Source of the DNA: Nitrospirota bacterium
Lineage (GTDB): Bacteria > Nitrospirota > Thermodesulfovibrionia > Thermodesulfovibrionales > Dissulfurispiraceae
Direction: 5' to 3'
NCBI GenBank assembly: GCA_040758355.1
Contig: JBFLWF010000003.1
Location: 65,325 to 129,324, forward strand
Length of the DNA: 64,000 nt
The translations under genes and the position numbers were made by a program. This document shows, in pieces, positions 26,441 to 37,812 of this stretch (positions are counted from its first letter, which is position 1; every line of letters begins with the position of its first letter). The notes beneath the pieces were generated by a model that saw nothing but the letters and a program-made list of their open reading frames with translations, ran no database searches and was not told the origin of the DNA.

Positions 26441-28137
26441 AACCTTATCTTTGGATGGCAGCCCTTACCGCATGTCTGGGGCACTGCATTAATCTTCGCC
26501 CGTATATCAGCATAATCTTTATCCGACGCCTCCATGAAACCATTTCTGAAGTCATCATCGAGCCTTTTTAATATCTTCTGATGGTTTGAGCTGTTGGGAT
26601 CCAGATCAAGCAATGCCTTTTTTATATTCTCTATCATGGCAAAAGGCGTACCCGGGCCTACGACAAGGGGGCCTGTTGGGATGTCAGGAGATTCGGCTAT
26701 TACCTCGATGCCGAGTTTCATATATTTCCTTGCCACCGAATCGCGCACAGCACCCGCATCGTACTGCCCCTTCAAAACCGCCTTGACAACCGAGTCATGA
26801 TAATCGAAATTAGCATAACCGCCCAGCTCATTAAGGTGAATTCCTGAGTTTGCAAGGAGATAGCGGGGCATTAAATTTCCTGATGTTGATTTGGAAGCCG
26901 AAAAAGCCATGATCTTTCCTTTTAGTCCATTGGTATCGTTTACAGATGAATCCCTTCTCTTTATTATTACGCTCTTATAGGAGGCATTACCGTCGATTCC
27001 CCTCGGTTTAAGTATGCATATGGCCCCGTATTTTGCGCGTGCTTCGAGGTATGTCAGAGGGCCGAGAAGCGCAACCTCAACTTCTCCGCGGCCAAGGGCC
27101 TCCACAGTGTCTTCATAATTTTTCTTTATAACAAGCTCATATGCGTAGGGCGTCTTTTCGGAGAGGTAGTCAAGGAGCGGCTGGTATTTTTCGTATAATA
27201 TTCTCGGGTTGTCCCTCGGTATTACGCCGAAAGAAACCATTTTTTTACCATTCGTCTTTTTAGCCACCATAACATCATTTTTAATAGAGCGCTCCATTTC
27301 CCTTATTGAATCATAAGCACTGTCCGATATCTGCACAAAACCGTCTATCATCATGTCGTTAAGTATTGCGGCCCCCTTTGCTGTTTTATGCATGTTCAAG
27401 AAGGCATCCCTTATTTTTTTCTTGAGATTCTCATCGATGTCTTTAGTTACTACAACAGGAGGGATTCCATACGGCGGCGATCTTTTTATGACCTTAGTCT
27501 GTTTTGCATAGGGCGAGCCCTTCTTTACCATATATTCATAGACAATGCTTTCGACAGCAGCGCCGTCTACAACCTTTTTAGCTACCAGCTCCACTGATTT
27601 ATTATGGCTGTAGCTGTACATAACCCTCTTAAAAAATTTCTCGGGGGTAAATCCCATTGTCTTCAACAGATGTGTAGGATACAGTTTGCCTGTGTTGGAT
27701 TTGGGATCGGTAAAGGCGAAAAACTTACCTTTCAACTCGGGAAAGGACTGAACCGGACTATCCTTATGGACAATTATGTATGAATGATATGATGCCTTCC
27801 CGTTTACGCTTGGGGCAACGAGGATCTCGACGCCGAATTTCTCGCGGTTTTTAACATACGGCGCAGAACAAATAAATGCAACTTTAACTTCCCCTCTTTC
27901 GAGCATTGTGTCCATCTCGTCATATGTCCTTCTGTGAACCATCTGTACAGGCTGTTTTATCTGCTCGCCTATGTAATCGATTATTTCCTGATAATACTTG
28001 ACAGCGTCGACAGGCGTAATCATCGATGATACGCCGATTTTGATTGTATTGTCCTGCTGCGATAAAGAGTCGTGAGGGAGGCAAAAGACCGAAACAAAAA
28101 CAAACAAAAGAAGTAAAATTAAATTGAAGCGTCTCAT
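26437..28137 (-). CDS. Tandem PhnD/AioX-like oxyanion-binding protein (ArrX-like)
   Basis: Signal peptide; two PhnD-fold domains (FICSAPY..FTDPKSNTG..YSHNKSV and LLGPLTY..FSASKSTSG..YHDSVV); C-terminal CGKGCH. Confidence 0.85.
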   Translation of the reverse strand: MRRFNLILLLLFVFVSVFCLPHDSLSQQDNTIKIGVSSMITPVDAVKYYQEIIDYIGEQIKQPVQMVHRRTYDEMDTMLERGEVKVAFICSAPYVKNREKFGVEILVAPSVNGKASYHSYIIVHKDSPVQSFPELKGKFFAFTDPKSNTGKLYPTHLLKTMGFTPEKFFKRVMYSYSHNKSVELVAKKVVDGAAVESIVYEYMVKKGSPYAKQTKVIKRSPPYGIPPVVVTKDIDENLKKKIRDAFLNMHKTAKGAAILNDMMIDGFVQISDSAYDSIREMERSIKNDVMVAKKTNGKKMVSFGVIPRDNPRILYEKYQPLLDYLSEKTPYAYELVIKKNYEDTVEALGRGEVEVALLGPLTYLEARAKYGAICILKPRGIDGNASYKSVIIKRRDSSVNDTNGLKGKIMAFSASKSTSGNLMPRYLLANSGIHLNELGGYANFDYHDSVVKAVLKGQYDAGAVRDSVARKYMKLGIEVIAESPDIPTGPLVVGPGTPFAMIENIKKALLDLDPNSSNHQKILKRLDDDFRNGFMEASDKDYADIRAKINAVPQTCGKGCHPKIRL

Positions 28138-28191
28138 CTCATCTTCATTATAACATCTTTACCACATTAGAAAATGCTTTTCTAACGGGGT

Positions 28192-30774
28192 TTATATCCC
28201 TGTCGTTAAATCGGGCGAAGGGGTGCCGATGTAATAGCCCTGGCCGTAATCTATGCCCAGTGCCTTTATTGCATCGAGGATGTCTTTATTCTCAACATAT
28301 TCGGCAACGGTTTTTATATTGAACTCCTTTGCCAATACCAGCATGGTCTTGACAATAGCCATGTCCTTTTCGCTCCGCACCATGCTCCTTATGAAGTCAC
28401 CATCTATCTTCACGAAGTCTATGGGGAACCTCTTCACATAGTGGAATGACGAAAGGCCTGATCCGAAGTCATCGATGGAAAATCCGAACCCCTCGAACTT
28501 GAGGTTATCAACAAATTTTTCGAGCAGCGATATGTTTTTTACTGTATCCCTCTCTGTTATTTCAAAGACAACCTTGCTGTTGTCGATGTCGTACTGCTTT
28601 GCAAGTTTCAGTATATTTGGTATAAATTCGCTCAAAATTAAGGACTTTGTGGACAGGTTGATAAACAGGTACCCTTTATAACCTTCAACCTTCACCTTTT
28701 CAAAGACCTTTTCCATGAGTATAAGATCAAGCTTGCTTATGGCCCCAAGCCTTTCTGCAACCTCTATGAATTCCCTTGCATTGAGGATGCCCTTGTCGGT
28801 CTCCATTCTGCTGAAGACCTCGCAACACTCTATCTCGCCTGTCTTTATATTGATTATGGGTTGGAAATACGGTGTTATTTTCTTTTCTTCTATTGCGTTG
28901 GAGACTATAAAGGTCTTTTCGCTTAAGGTCTTAAACACGTCTATTATATCCTTCTGCGTGGGTATGATTATCCTGTTTTTGCCCTCGGCCTTTGCCTTGT
29001 ACATCATATTGTCTGCGAATATAAATAAGTCCTTGGCATTGTCAGCATGGTCGGGAAATACAGACAATCCCATAGAAACAGTGGCTTTGACATGCGTTCC
29101 ATCGGGGGCTGTAAGGTATAACCTTTCCAGATGCTCTTTTGTCCTGCCTGCAGCCACAAATGCCTGCTCTTCATCGGCCTCCGGAAGCACAACAACAAAC
29201 TCATCGCCTCCGTATCTTGCGAGTATATCCCCCTGTCTTAATGACTCTTTTATCTTCACGGCAAATTCCGACAAAAACTTATCGCCAAATGCATGACCGT
29301 ACGAATCGTTGATATTTTTAAAGTTGTCAAGGTCGATGACTAATATAGAAAATTTATACTCATACCTCTTTGCCCTTCCTATCTCATAGCCAAGCAATTC
29401 CCAGAAAACCCTCTGGTTATAAAGGTTTGTCAGTGGATCCCTCGTGGCATAGTATTCCAGGTCCTTCGTATATTTCGATATGGCCTTTATGGAGCCCACA
29501 ACATTCAAAAGTGTCGTAAGAATGCCGTCTATTACGAGGGAACGGATCGGGTCGTCTGTTATTTTAGACTGCACACCAATCCCGACCACGCCGCCTATCT
29601 GTGGGGTTTCAAGGATAAGTGACTTTGTCTGGAATTCTATATCCCTTTCGTTGAGCTCGGGCAAATGTGAAGATGGGTCAGCAATATTGTGATTGGTCGT
29701 CAATTCGGTTATCTCGCTGAACTTGCTGCTTTTATCTCTGATATGCTTGAGAACTATGGTTTCAAACCGTTCCTTTGTGAGATCGGTAGGCGTATTCCTC
29801 CAGAATATCTCGAGGTCGTAAAACACTTCGTCCACCTGAAATATGGAAAATAGGGTATATGCCTCCATAACCTTATTTACTTCCAGAAGCAGGTATCCTA
29901 CATATTCCTTCCAATCCCTTACTACCTCCGATGTGATTACGAACTTCTCAAGCACCTTTATCTCGAACTCGAGAATATCTCTGTCAACAGCAAGACTCCT
30001 GATTTTTCTGGAAAGCTCTCTGACCTCCGACAATGTCTCGTTAAACTCCTTAAAGCCTGTCTCGACAAGATCAAGATTGTTAAGTTTTGTCAAATCCTTG
30101 ATGCTGTTTATTTCGCTGACCTGCTTGTGGAAAAAGTTAGTAGAACTCTTTATCCTCTTATTCAAAAAAAGAGCAACAGCCCCTGCCATAATAAATGGAA
30201 TGGGGAAAAGGATAAAAAAGAATGCATTGAATCTCTTTTTTGCTTCATTAATTGCAGGGCTTATATCCTGCTGCACCTTCATTACGCCGAGGACTTCATC
30301 GACTCTTGCATGGACATGGCATTTAAGGCATTTCACGTCTGCTTTAATAGGATAAATGTTTATAACATTCGAATTATCTTTATAAGTTATGGCATCTCCC
30401 GAACTAAAGGCATCCCTGATATTTTTACCAATCTCAGACTGCTCTATTTTACCGTAATCCCTTTCAACAGATTCTCCCCTGAACATATCAATCTTGTATG
30501 GGAACTGGGTGTGGACGCCTTTTATAGAATCGAGAAATGTCTTTAGTTCATCCCTGCTCCAGCCGCGCTCCATAAGCTGGAGCATGGAGTTGAATATCTG
30601 ATGCGATATTGCGTCGGAAACTTCATCTGCATTTTTTATAAAGGCATGACGGTAAATGGATGACACAACAAGATATGTTGCGTTAAAACTAATATACGAT
30701 GCTATCAAGACGGCGATGCATACAAAGGACTTTAATCGGTACTGTTTCTGCGTTATTCTTTTAAAAATAGACAC
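28192..30774 (-). CDS. GGDEF-EAL protein with a periplasmic c-heme sensor
   Basis: CLKCH between TM helices; RYGGDEF; FEITE; IDDFGSGLSS; AEYVE. Confidence 0.92.
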   Translation of the reverse strand: MSIFKRITQKQYRLKSFVCIAVLIASYISFNATYLVVSSIYRHAFIKNADEVSDAISHQIFNSMLQLMERGWSRDELKTFLDSIKGVHTQFPYKIDMFRGESVERDYGKIEQSEIGKNIRDAFSSGDAITYKDNSNVINIYPIKADVKCLKCHVHARVDEVLGVMKVQQDISPAINEAKKRFNAFFFILFPIPFIMAGAVALFLNKRIKSSTNFFHKQVSEINSIKDLTKLNNLDLVETGFKEFNETLSEVRELSRKIRSLAVDRDILEFEIKVLEKFVITSEVVRDWKEYVGYLLLEVNKVMEAYTLFSIFQVDEVFYDLEIFWRNTPTDLTKERFETIVLKHIRDKSSKFSEITELTTNHNIADPSSHLPELNERDIEFQTKSLILETPQIGGVVGIGVQSKITDDPIRSLVIDGILTTLLNVVGSIKAISKYTKDLEYYATRDPLTNLYNQRVFWELLGYEIGRAKRYEYKFSILVIDLDNFKNINDSYGHAFGDKFLSEFAVKIKESLRQGDILARYGGDEFVVVLPEADEEQAFVAAGRTKEHLERLYLTAPDGTHVKATVSMGLSVFPDHADNAKDLFIFADNMMYKAKAEGKNRIIIPTQKDIIDVFKTLSEKTFIVSNAIEEKKITPYFQPIINIKTGEIECCEVFSRMETDKGILNAREFIEVAERLGAISKLDLILMEKVFEKVKVEGYKGYLFINLSTKSLILSEFIPNILKLAKQYDIDNSKVVFEITERDTVKNISLLEKFVDNLKFEGFGFSIDDFGSGLSSFHYVKRFPIDFVKIDGDFIRSMVRSEKDMAIVKTMLVLAKEFNIKTVAEYVENKDILDAIKALGIDYGQGYYIGTPSPDLTTGI

Positions 30775-30823
30775 GCCTCAAACTCCCCTGCAAATATATT
30801 ACCTTAAATCGAGAAATTTCTGC

Positions 30824-32038
30824 TTACAAATGTCGTACAATACCTCCATTCACCTCTGAAAACTCATGCTCGAACTTCTGCGGCTTTCTTCCGAAGCAGA
30901 TGCCAAGGCTTTCAAAAAGGGCAACTTCCTTAATATCCACTTCCCTCCTCTTTATTGCCTCTGATGTGGGCATATAGTGGATCCTGTTGCCATCCACATT
31001 AACCACCGTATTTGCAATCTTTCCCTCCAATAACAATACTACTGCTGCTGCTCCGGCCTTATAGCCGAAATTCACATCATATGCGGATGAGCCACCGCAG
31101 CGCACCAGATGCCCCGGCATTACCTCCCTTACTTCCGGAATCTCGTAAACACCAGGTGCATACATTCCTGTCTTTTTCATAAATTCTACGACCTCCGGGT
31201 CATTCTTAAGCCTTTTCTCCAACTGCTGCCTGACATATTTACCTGCTCCTGCAAGCTTCTTGTGTCCGAATGCATCAACGCCTGCCGATTCATCGTAAAG
31301 CATCTCTCCGCTTGCGTTTTTAAGCCCTTCGGCAACAACAATGATATATGTGCCTGCCTTCACATCGCTCCTCATCACCCTTCCAAAATATGTAGTCTTC
31401 ATGTGCTCATAGACAACATCAAAGTCAGAAGGTATCTCCGGTATCAATATGCAGTCAGCCTCTGCACCTACCCCGCCCCTGAACGCCGTATGCCCAACAT
31501 ATCTCCCGAAAACCTCGATAACAAGCACACGATTGTGGCTTAACCCCGTTGTTTTCAAGTCCCTCGTAAAGGTGGCTATCCTGTTCACTGCAGAGTCACC
31601 TCCAACACTGTAAGGCTGAAGGTCTAAGTCCATGGTCTTGGGCACATGTATGCAGGGGACTCCGTGGGATGCAAGGTCGACCACAACGCTTCCTGTGTCG
31701 TCGCCTCCGCTTATTATGAGTGCATCTATTCCGAACTTCTTGAGACCCTCCTTTATCCTTTCGTAAGTATTTGGGTCCTTTATCTTGCTCAGTTTTACGC
31801 GGGAATGCCCTGCCTCGGAGCCTGCAAGGGAAGCCTCTATTTTGCTTACGCGCTCTGCATTAAGGGAGACAACCTTATCAAGGTCAATAAGGTTATAAAG
31901 ACCTGCATAGCCATTGGGGACCACCACCGACTCGATTCCCAATGAATAGGCATGCCGTGCAACCCCTTTAATGACTGCATTAAGACCTCCGCAGTCGCCA
32001 CCGCTTGTAATAACACCGATTCTTTTGATGGATGACAT
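30824..32038 (-). CDS. pfkA: 6-phosphofructokinase, probably PPi-dependent
   Basis: TSGGDCGGLN; GGDDT and PKTMDLD (the Asp/Lys pair linked to PPi use). Confidence 0.85.
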   Translation of the reverse strand: MSSIKRIGVITSGGDCGGLNAVIKGVARHAYSLGIESVVVPNGYAGLYNLIDLDKVVSLNAERVSKIEASLAGSEAGHSRVKLSKIKDPNTYERIKEGLKKFGIDALIISGGDDTGSVVVDLASHGVPCIHVPKTMDLDLQPYSVGGDSAVNRIATFTRDLKTTGLSHNRVLVIEVFGRYVGHTAFRGGVGAEADCILIPEIPSDFDVVYEHMKTTYFGRVMRSDVKAGTYIIVVAEGLKNASGEMLYDESAGVDAFGHKKLAGAGKYVRQQLEKRLKNDPEVVEFMKKTGMYAPGVYEIPEVREVMPGHLVRCGGSSAYDVNFGYKAGAAAVVLLLEGKIANTVVNVDGNRIHYMPTSEAIKRREVDIKEVALFESLGICFGRKPQKFEHEFSEVNGGIVRHL

Positions 32039-32063
32039 ACAAACCTCCTCTTTTATAAAGTGA

Positions 32064-32120
32064 CTAAGTCATTGAGTAATTAAGTAATTACTTATTTACT
32101 CATTCACTCATTTACTTATT
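32064..32120. repeat. Inverted pair of 8-mer arrays between pfk and carB
   Basis: ctaagtca ttgagtaa ttaagtaa / ttacttat ttactcat tcactcat ttacttat; same unit family as 6807-6886. Confidence 0.75.
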
Positions 32121-35100
32121 CTTTATTGTGATATTCCTGTATCGATTTTATGCTTAATTCCTTTTTCAAAAGCATCTCTATTGCCCTCAGCACAGCCTTT
32201 GCACCGGATATTGTGGTTGTGTAAGGGATATTATGCTGAAGTGCGCTCCTCCTGATAGACAACGAATCCTTCTGCGCCTGTGCACCGGTAACCGTGTTTA
32301 TTATGAAGTTTACTTCCCTGTTTTTTATCATGTCAACAACATGGGGTCTTCCCTCCATGACCTTATTAATTAAGTCGACATTAATACCGCTATCCTCAAG
32401 GTACTGCTTCGTCCCTCTCGTTGCAATAAGCTGAAAGCCCATCTCGGATAAACTTTTTGCTATCTCAACGGTATGAGGCTTGTCTTTGTCTTTTACGCTG
32501 ATGAATATCTTTCCATGTGTGGGTATTTTATTGTTGCTTGCAGCCTGGGCCTTTGCGTATGCGAGTCCGAAGTCTTTGTCTATGCCCATAACCTCGCCTG
32601 TGGATTTCATTTCGGGTCCAAGGATGACATCAACTCCCGGAAATCTGTCAAACGGAAAAACCGCCTCTTTGACAGCCACATGCTCTATCTCCATTTCTTT
32701 AACAATGCCCAGTTCCTTCAATGTCCTTCCGAGCATAACCTTTGCAGCCAGCTTTGCGAGAGGAATGCCCGTAGCCTTGCTTACATAGGGAATTGTCCTC
32801 GATGCCCTCGGATTGACCTCAAGGATAAATATATCACTGTCCTTTACTGCAAACTGTACATTCATCAGGCCCACGACATTAAGCTCCTTTGCCAGAGCCT
32901 TTGCCTGTCTCTTTATCTCATCCACAATATTTGAAGGCAGGGAATATGGAGGAATGGAACATGCAGAATCCCCTGAATGTATCCCTGCTTCTTCTATGTG
33001 CTCCATAACACCGCCGATAATAACATCCACACCATCCGATATGGCATCCACATCCACCTCTATTGCATCTTCAAGGTATTTATCAATAAGAATGGGATGC
33101 TCCGGCGATGCCTTAACCGCCCTTTTCATATAATCTGTCAGTGACATCTCGTTGTAGACTATCTCCATTGCCCTTCCGCCGAGGACATAAGACGGCCTTA
33201 CCATTACAGGGTATCCTATCCTGTCTGCAACAGCCACAGCATCTTCGCAGGACATTGCCGTTCCGCTTTCAGGCTGCTTTAAATTCAATTTATGCAGCAG
33301 TTCTTTGAATCTCTTCCTGTCCTCTGCCCTGTCGATGGAGTCAGGGGATGTGCCGAGGATATTCACCCCTTCCCTTTCAAGGGGCACAGCGAGTTTCAGC
33401 GGTGTCTGGCCTCCGAACTGGACTATTACACCCTCTGGCTTTTCCTTTTCGATAATGCTTAAGACATCTTCTATTGTCAAAGGCTCGAAATAAAGCCTGT
33501 CTGCAGTGTCGTAATCTGTGCTGACTGTCTCTGGATTGCAATTTACCATTATGGTCTCATATTCAAGCTCCTTCAGAGCAAAGACCGCATGAACACAGCA
33601 GTAATCGAATTCTATTCCCTGCCCGATTCTGTTCGGGCCCGAGCCGAGGATGATCACCTTCTTTTTGTCTGTTGGATTTGCCTCGCACTCTATTTTAGGG
33701 CTGAGGGCTGAGGGTTGAAGGCTAAAGTACGGTTTTTCGTACGTCGAATAAAGATACGGGGTATACGCCTCAAACTCTGCAGCACAGGTATCAACCAGCT
33801 TATATACAGGCTTTATCCCAAGCTCAATCCTTGATCGTCTAATGTCAGCTTCTGTTTTGCCCGTCAATTCTGCAATCCTCTTGTCAGAGAAACCGTATTC
33901 CTTCGCCTTTTTGAGCATTTCTGCTGACTGCTGATTGCTGATTGCTGACTCCTTTATTCTATTTTCCATCTCCACAATCTGCTTCATATTATTCAAGAAC
34001 CACGGGTCTATCCATGTGAGCTCATAAATCTCATCCACACCCATCCCCTGTCTCAATGCCTGTGCTATATGCCATATCCTTTCGGCATTTGGCGTCTTTA
34101 ACCTGGCTTTTATTTCATCGATATCGGTCTCTATATTTTCAAAACCTGCAGAGCCTATCTCTAAGCTCCTCAATGCCTTTTGCAGGGATTCCTTGAATGT
34201 CCTGCCTATGGACATCACCTCACCCACAGACTTCATCTGGGTTGTTAGTGTCGCATCTGCTTCAGGGAATTTTTCAAAGGTAAACCTCGGAATTTTTGTT
34301 ACCACATAATCTATTGTGGGCTCAAAGGATGCAGGCGTCTCCCTTGTTATATCGTTTCTTATCTCATCGAGTGTATAGCCCACAGCAAGCTTTGCAGCAA
34401 TCTTTGCTATAGGGAAGCCGGTTGCCTTGCTTGCCAGTGCAGAACTCCTCGATACCCTCGGATTCATTTCAATAACTATCATCCTGCCTGTTTTTGGATG
34501 CAGGGCAAACTGTATATTTGAACCTCCGGTGTCAACGCCTATCTCTCTAATAACATCAATAGCAGCATCGCGCATCCTCTGGTATTCCTTATCGGTCAGG
34601 GTCTGAACTGGTGCTACGGTGATGGAATCTCCTGTATGGACTCCCATTGCATCGAAGTTCTCTATGGAGCATATGATGACCACATTGTCCTTCCTGTCCC
34701 TCATAACCTCCAGTTCGTATTCCTTCCAGCCGAGGGCAGACTCTTCAACCAGCACCTGATGGACAGGGCTCAGCTTTAATCCCTTTTCGAGGAGTTCCCT
34801 GTATTCCTCGATATTGTATGCAATCCCTCCTCCTGTACCGCCGAGGGTAAAGGCTGGCCTGAGGATTGCCGGGAAGCCTATATGCTCGATAATATCGAGA
34901 CCGTCCTTCATGCTTGTAATAGCAGCACTCTTTGGGACATCGAGGCCTATCTTCCTCATGGCCTCTTTAAACAGTTCTCTGTCCTCTGCCTTTTTTATGG
35001 CAGGCAATTTTGCGCCTATTAATTCAACTCCGTACCTGTCGAGGAATCCTGATTCCGATAATTCAACTGCAAGGTTCAATGCAGTCTGTCCGCCCATTGT

Positions 35101-35364
35101 CGGGAGGATTGCATCCGGCCTTTCTTTTTTAATAATCAGCTCCAGAATCTCAGACGACAATGGCTCGATATAGGTTGCATCGGCTATCTCCGGGTCGGTC
35201 ATGATAGTCGCCGGGTTTGAGTTCACAAGCACTATTTTGTAGCCTTCCTCCCGGAGGGCCTTGCATGCCTGCGTCCCTGAGTAATCGAATTCGCATGCCT
35301 GGCCGATTACAATAGGCCCTGAGCCGATTAATAGTATTTTCTTAATATCCGTCCTTTTAGGCAT
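32116..35364 (-). CDS. carB: Carbamoyl-phosphate synthase large subunit
   Basis: [30 protein letters not shown]; duplicated ATP-grasp. In-frame 7-mer arrays at 33697-33725 ([11 protein letters not shown]) and 33922-33949 (SAISNQQSA). Confidence 0.98.
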   Translation of the reverse strand: MPKRTDIKKILLIGSGPIVIGQACEFDYSGTQACKALREEGYKIVLVNSNPATIMTDPEIADATYIEPLSSEILELIIKKERPDAILPTMGGQTALNLAVELSESGFLDRYGVELIGAKLPAIKKAEDRELFKEAMRKIGLDVPKSAAITSMKDGLDIIEHIGFPAILRPAFTLGGTGGGIAYNIEEYRELLEKGLKLSPVHQVLVEESALGWKEYELEVMRDRKDNVVIICSIENFDAMGVHTGDSITVAPVQTLTDKEYQRMRDAAIDVIREIGVDTGGSNIQFALHPKTGRMIVIEMNPRVSRSSALASKATGFPIAKIAAKLAVGYTLDEIRNDITRETPASFEPTIDYVVTKIPRFTFEKFPEADATLTTQMKSVGEVMSIGRTFKESLQKALRSLEIGSAGFENIETDIDEIKARLKTPNAERIWHIAQALRQGMGVDEIYELTWIDPWFLNNMKQIVEMENRIKESAISNQQSAEMLKKAKEYGFSDKRIAELTGKTEADIRRSRIELGIKPVYKLVDTCAAEFEAYTPYLYSTYEKPYFSLQPSALSPKIECEANPTDKKKVIILGSGPNRIGQGIEFDYCCVHAVFALKELEYETIMVNCNPETVSTDYDTADRLYFEPLTIEDVLSIIEKEKPEGVIVQFGGQTPLKLAVPLEREGVNILGTSPDSIDRAEDRKRFKELLHKLNLKQPESGTAMSCEDAVAVADRIGYPVMVRPSYVLGGRAMEIVYNEMSLTDYMKRAVKASPEHPILIDKYLEDAIEVDVDAISDGVDVIIGGVMEHIEEAGIHSGDSACSIPPYSLPSNIVDEIKRQAKALAKELNVVGLMNVQFAVKDSDIFILEVNPRASRTIPYVSKATGIPLAKLAAKVMLGRTLKELGIVKEMEIEHVAVKEAVFPFDRFPGVDVILGPEMKSTGEVMGIDKDFGLAYAKAQAASNNKIPTHGKIFISVKDKDKPHTVEIAKSLSEMGFQLIATRGTKQYLEDSGINVDLINKVMEGRPHVVDMIKNREVNFIINTVTGAQAQKDSLSIRRSALQHNIPYTTTISGAKAVLRAIEMLLKKELSIKSIQEYHNKE

Positions 35365-35366
35365 CC

Positions 35367-35966
35367 TTACCTCTCTATAAAATTTTTTATTTTTATCGCA
35401 ATTTCATTAGCCTCAGCAGGCTCTTCGGATGAAAAAATAGTAATCCTCTTTCCGTTCTTAAACTCCATCTCAACAGTATAAAACTCTGCGGTCTTTCCAA
35501 AACCGGGTATTACCGTACCATGCTGAAGGGCAACCTGCTCCACAAGCTTTATTCCGTCAGGGTTTTCTGGCGTCACCGCTAAATAGTCCTGTCTGATGTT
35601 GTCGAGTTCTGACAGTGGAGACGTTATTCTCCTTTTGCCGAAAATCCTCTCAAGTGCAATATCGATATTTCCATTTTTCTTATCAACAGCAACGCAGAGG
35701 ACAGTCTCAAGAAAAATATAAGTCCTGAAGACAATGAAAAATATAACGAACAGTAATAACGCCGCAATAAAGTGAACGGCAGTTGTTTTAAATCTTACGG
35801 CAAAAAAAAATCCCAGCAGCATCACCAGTGCGCCTGCTGCAAGGCTCGATGAAAGCTCACGGTTATAAATGCCGCTGTGAAGCACGCTCCCCTTTTCAGC
35901 CCTGAAAGAGCTTGTTCTGAATATGAGCATATTATCTTTTATGTCTATTTGGTAGCTATCGGTCAT
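35367..35966 (-). CDS. Hypothetical membrane protein in the pyr operon
   Basis: Two TM helices; overlaps the upstream gene by 4 nt and ends 2 nt before the carB start. Confidence 0.75.
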   Translation of the reverse strand: MTDSYQIDIKDNMLIFRTSSFRAEKGSVLHSGIYNRELSSSLAAGALVMLLGFFFAVRFKTTAVHFIAALLLFVIFFIVFRTYIFLETVLCVAVDKKNGNIDIALERIFGKRRITSPLSELDNIRQDYLAVTPENPDGIKLVEQVALQHGTVIPGFGKTAEFYTVEMEFKNGKRITIFSSEEPAEANEIAIKIKNFIER

Positions 35967-36487
35967 TTAAAATACACAATCCTGCTTCCGCCAAGGTGCA
36001 GTGGTATCTCCGCCGCCTCGGCCCATAAGCCTTTCTTCATGTATTTGTCATCAGCATAAGCTGACATTATCTTCCCGAAGAAAGCATAACATTCGCCTGC
36101 ATCAACAGCCTTCCATAATTTGCACTCTATCTGCCCGATGCATTCGTCAATTACAGGAGATTTTACAGATTTGGCCTTGCTGTATTTGAGTCCTGCCTTT
36201 TTGAATTTATCGGTATCCCTGCCGGATGTCTTTCCGCAAATCCATAATGCCTTTAAAAGCTTCTTCGTGGGGATATTTATCACGAACTCCTTTGTCTGCC
36301 TAATCAACTCTGCAGTATAACTCTCCTTTGAAACACAGACCACAACAATGGGAGGCTCCTCGCTTACAGGAGTTGCCCATGCACACGCCATGACATTGGG
36401 TTTGCCGTCCTTTGCAATGCTTGTGAGAAAAAACGCCATCTTCGGATGCATAAGATGGTAGATGTCCGATTTCATTTCCTTTAACAT
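35963..36487 (-). CDS. Flavin reductase family protein
   Basis: [41 protein letters not shown]. Confidence 0.9.
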   Translation of the reverse strand: MLKEMKSDIYHLMHPKMAFFLTSIAKDGKPNVMACAWATPVSEEPPIVVVCVSKESYTAELIRQTKEFVINIPTKKLLKALWICGKTSGRDTDKFKKAGLKYSKAKSVKSPVIDECIGQIECKLWKAVDAGECYAFFGKIMSAYADDKYMKKGLWAEAAEIPLHLGGSRIVYFK

Positions 36488-37653
36488 TTTCCCTCCATCA
36501 TCTCCCTGAACCTCCTAAACAAATGCGTGGAATCATTGGGCCCCGGGCCTGCCTCGGGATGGTGCTGCACAGAGAATACGGGAAGTTCCACATGCTTCAT
36601 GCCCTCCTCCGAGCCGTCGAATAGATTCCTGTGCGTCAATTTCACCTGTCCTTTAAGGCTGTTAATATCCACGCAGTAATTGTGGTTCTGGGATGTAATC
36701 TCAACCCTGCCTGTCTTTAAGTCCTTCACAGGGTGATTTCCTCCATGATGACCGAATTTAAGCTTGTATGTCCTTCCACCGAGGGCGAGGCCGAGTATCT
36801 GGTGTCCGAGGCATATCCCGAAGATGGGCCTTTTGCCTATAAGTTTTTTTGTATTTTCGATGCCATATGTTACTGTCTCAGGGTCTCCCGGGCCGTTGCT
36901 TAGAAGGATTCCATCAGGATTCATCTCTAAAACCGCTTCAGCAGGCGTCTGCGCAGGAACAACACTCACATTAAACCCTGCGTCAACAAGGTTTCTCAGT
37001 ATATTAAACTTAACGCCAAAATCATAAACTACAACAGTGCGGCAGTGCAGCAGTACGGCAGTGCGCAAATCTCCTTTTTCCATAACTGTCGCTCTGTCGC
37101 TCTGTCGCTCTATAGTTCTTTCTCCCCATTTCCAGCACCCCTCATTCCATGGGTATGCCTCCCTCGTCGTCACGTCCTTTACGAGATCGAACGCCGATAT
37201 TCCGGGATGCTTTTTCACTTTTTCAAGGAGGCTTTCAGGATTTAAATCAACACTCGATATTATGCCCATCTGCGCGCCGTTATTTCTCAGATGCCTTGTC
37301 AATGCCCTTGTATCGATGTCCTCTATGCCTACTATATTATTTTCTCTGAGGTATTGTCCGAGGGGCATCTGCAAGCGCCAGTTGCTCGGAAAATCGAGAT
37401 ATTCCCTGACAACAAAGCCCTCAACCTTCGGGCCGCCCGATGATTCTATATCTTCCGCATTAACGCCGTAGTTGCCCATCTGTGTGTATGTCATGGTGAC
37501 AATCTGGCCTTTATATGATGGATCTGTAAGTATCTCCTGATAACCTGTCATCGAGGTATTAAAGACAACCTCGCCGACGGTCTCTCCATCAGAGCCAAAA
37601 CTATTTCCCTCAAAAACAGTACCGTCAGCCAATACAAGCAATGCCTTACTCAT
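36481..37653 (-). CDS. carA: Carbamoyl-phosphate synthase small subunit
   Basis: [46 protein letters not shown]. Confidence 0.98.
   Translation of the reverse strand: MSKALLVLADGTVFEGNSFGSDGETVGEVVFNTSMTGYQEILTDPSYKGQIVTMTYTQMGNYGVNAEDIESSGGPKVEGFVVREYLDFPSNWRLQMPLGQYLRENNIVGIEDIDTRALTRHLRNNGAQMGIISSVDLNPESLLEKVKKHPGISAFDLVKDVTTREAYPWNEGCWKWGERTIERQSDRATVMEKGDLRTAVLLHCRTVVVYDFGVKFNILRNLVDAGFNVSVVPAQTPAEAVLEMNPDGILLSNGPGDPETVTYGIENTKKLIGKRPIFGICLGHQILGLALGGRTYKLKFGHHGGNHPVKDLKTGRVEITSQNHNYCVDINSLKGQVKLTHRNLFDGSEEGMKHVELPVFSVQHHPEAGPGPNDSTHLFRRFREMMEGKC
37035..37113. repeat. In-frame inverted 8-mer array pair in carA
   Basis: (CAGTGCGG-like)4 at 37035-37066 and (CTGTCGCT)3 at 37086-37109. Confidence 0.9.
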
Positions 37654-37683
37654 CTATCCTCCATTGAATTTATATGTGCAATA

Positions 37684-37809
37684 GATAGGACATAGTATTG
37701 AAGCGACTTCGGCAGCCCAAGCGTAACATGGATGTTTAAGCGGGCTGGCGTAGCTTCGGAGAAAGGCGGGATGCCTTTCGAGAATGAAGCGGAAATACTA
37801 TGTCCTATC
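37684..37809. repeat. Structured MITE/ERIC-like element between pyrC and carA
   Basis: Perfect 16-bp terminal IR GATAGGACATAGTATT; internal hairpins CAGCCC..AACATGGATGTT..GGGCTG and GAAAGGC-GGGAT-GCCTTTC. Confidence 0.65.
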
Positions 37810-37812
37810 AAA

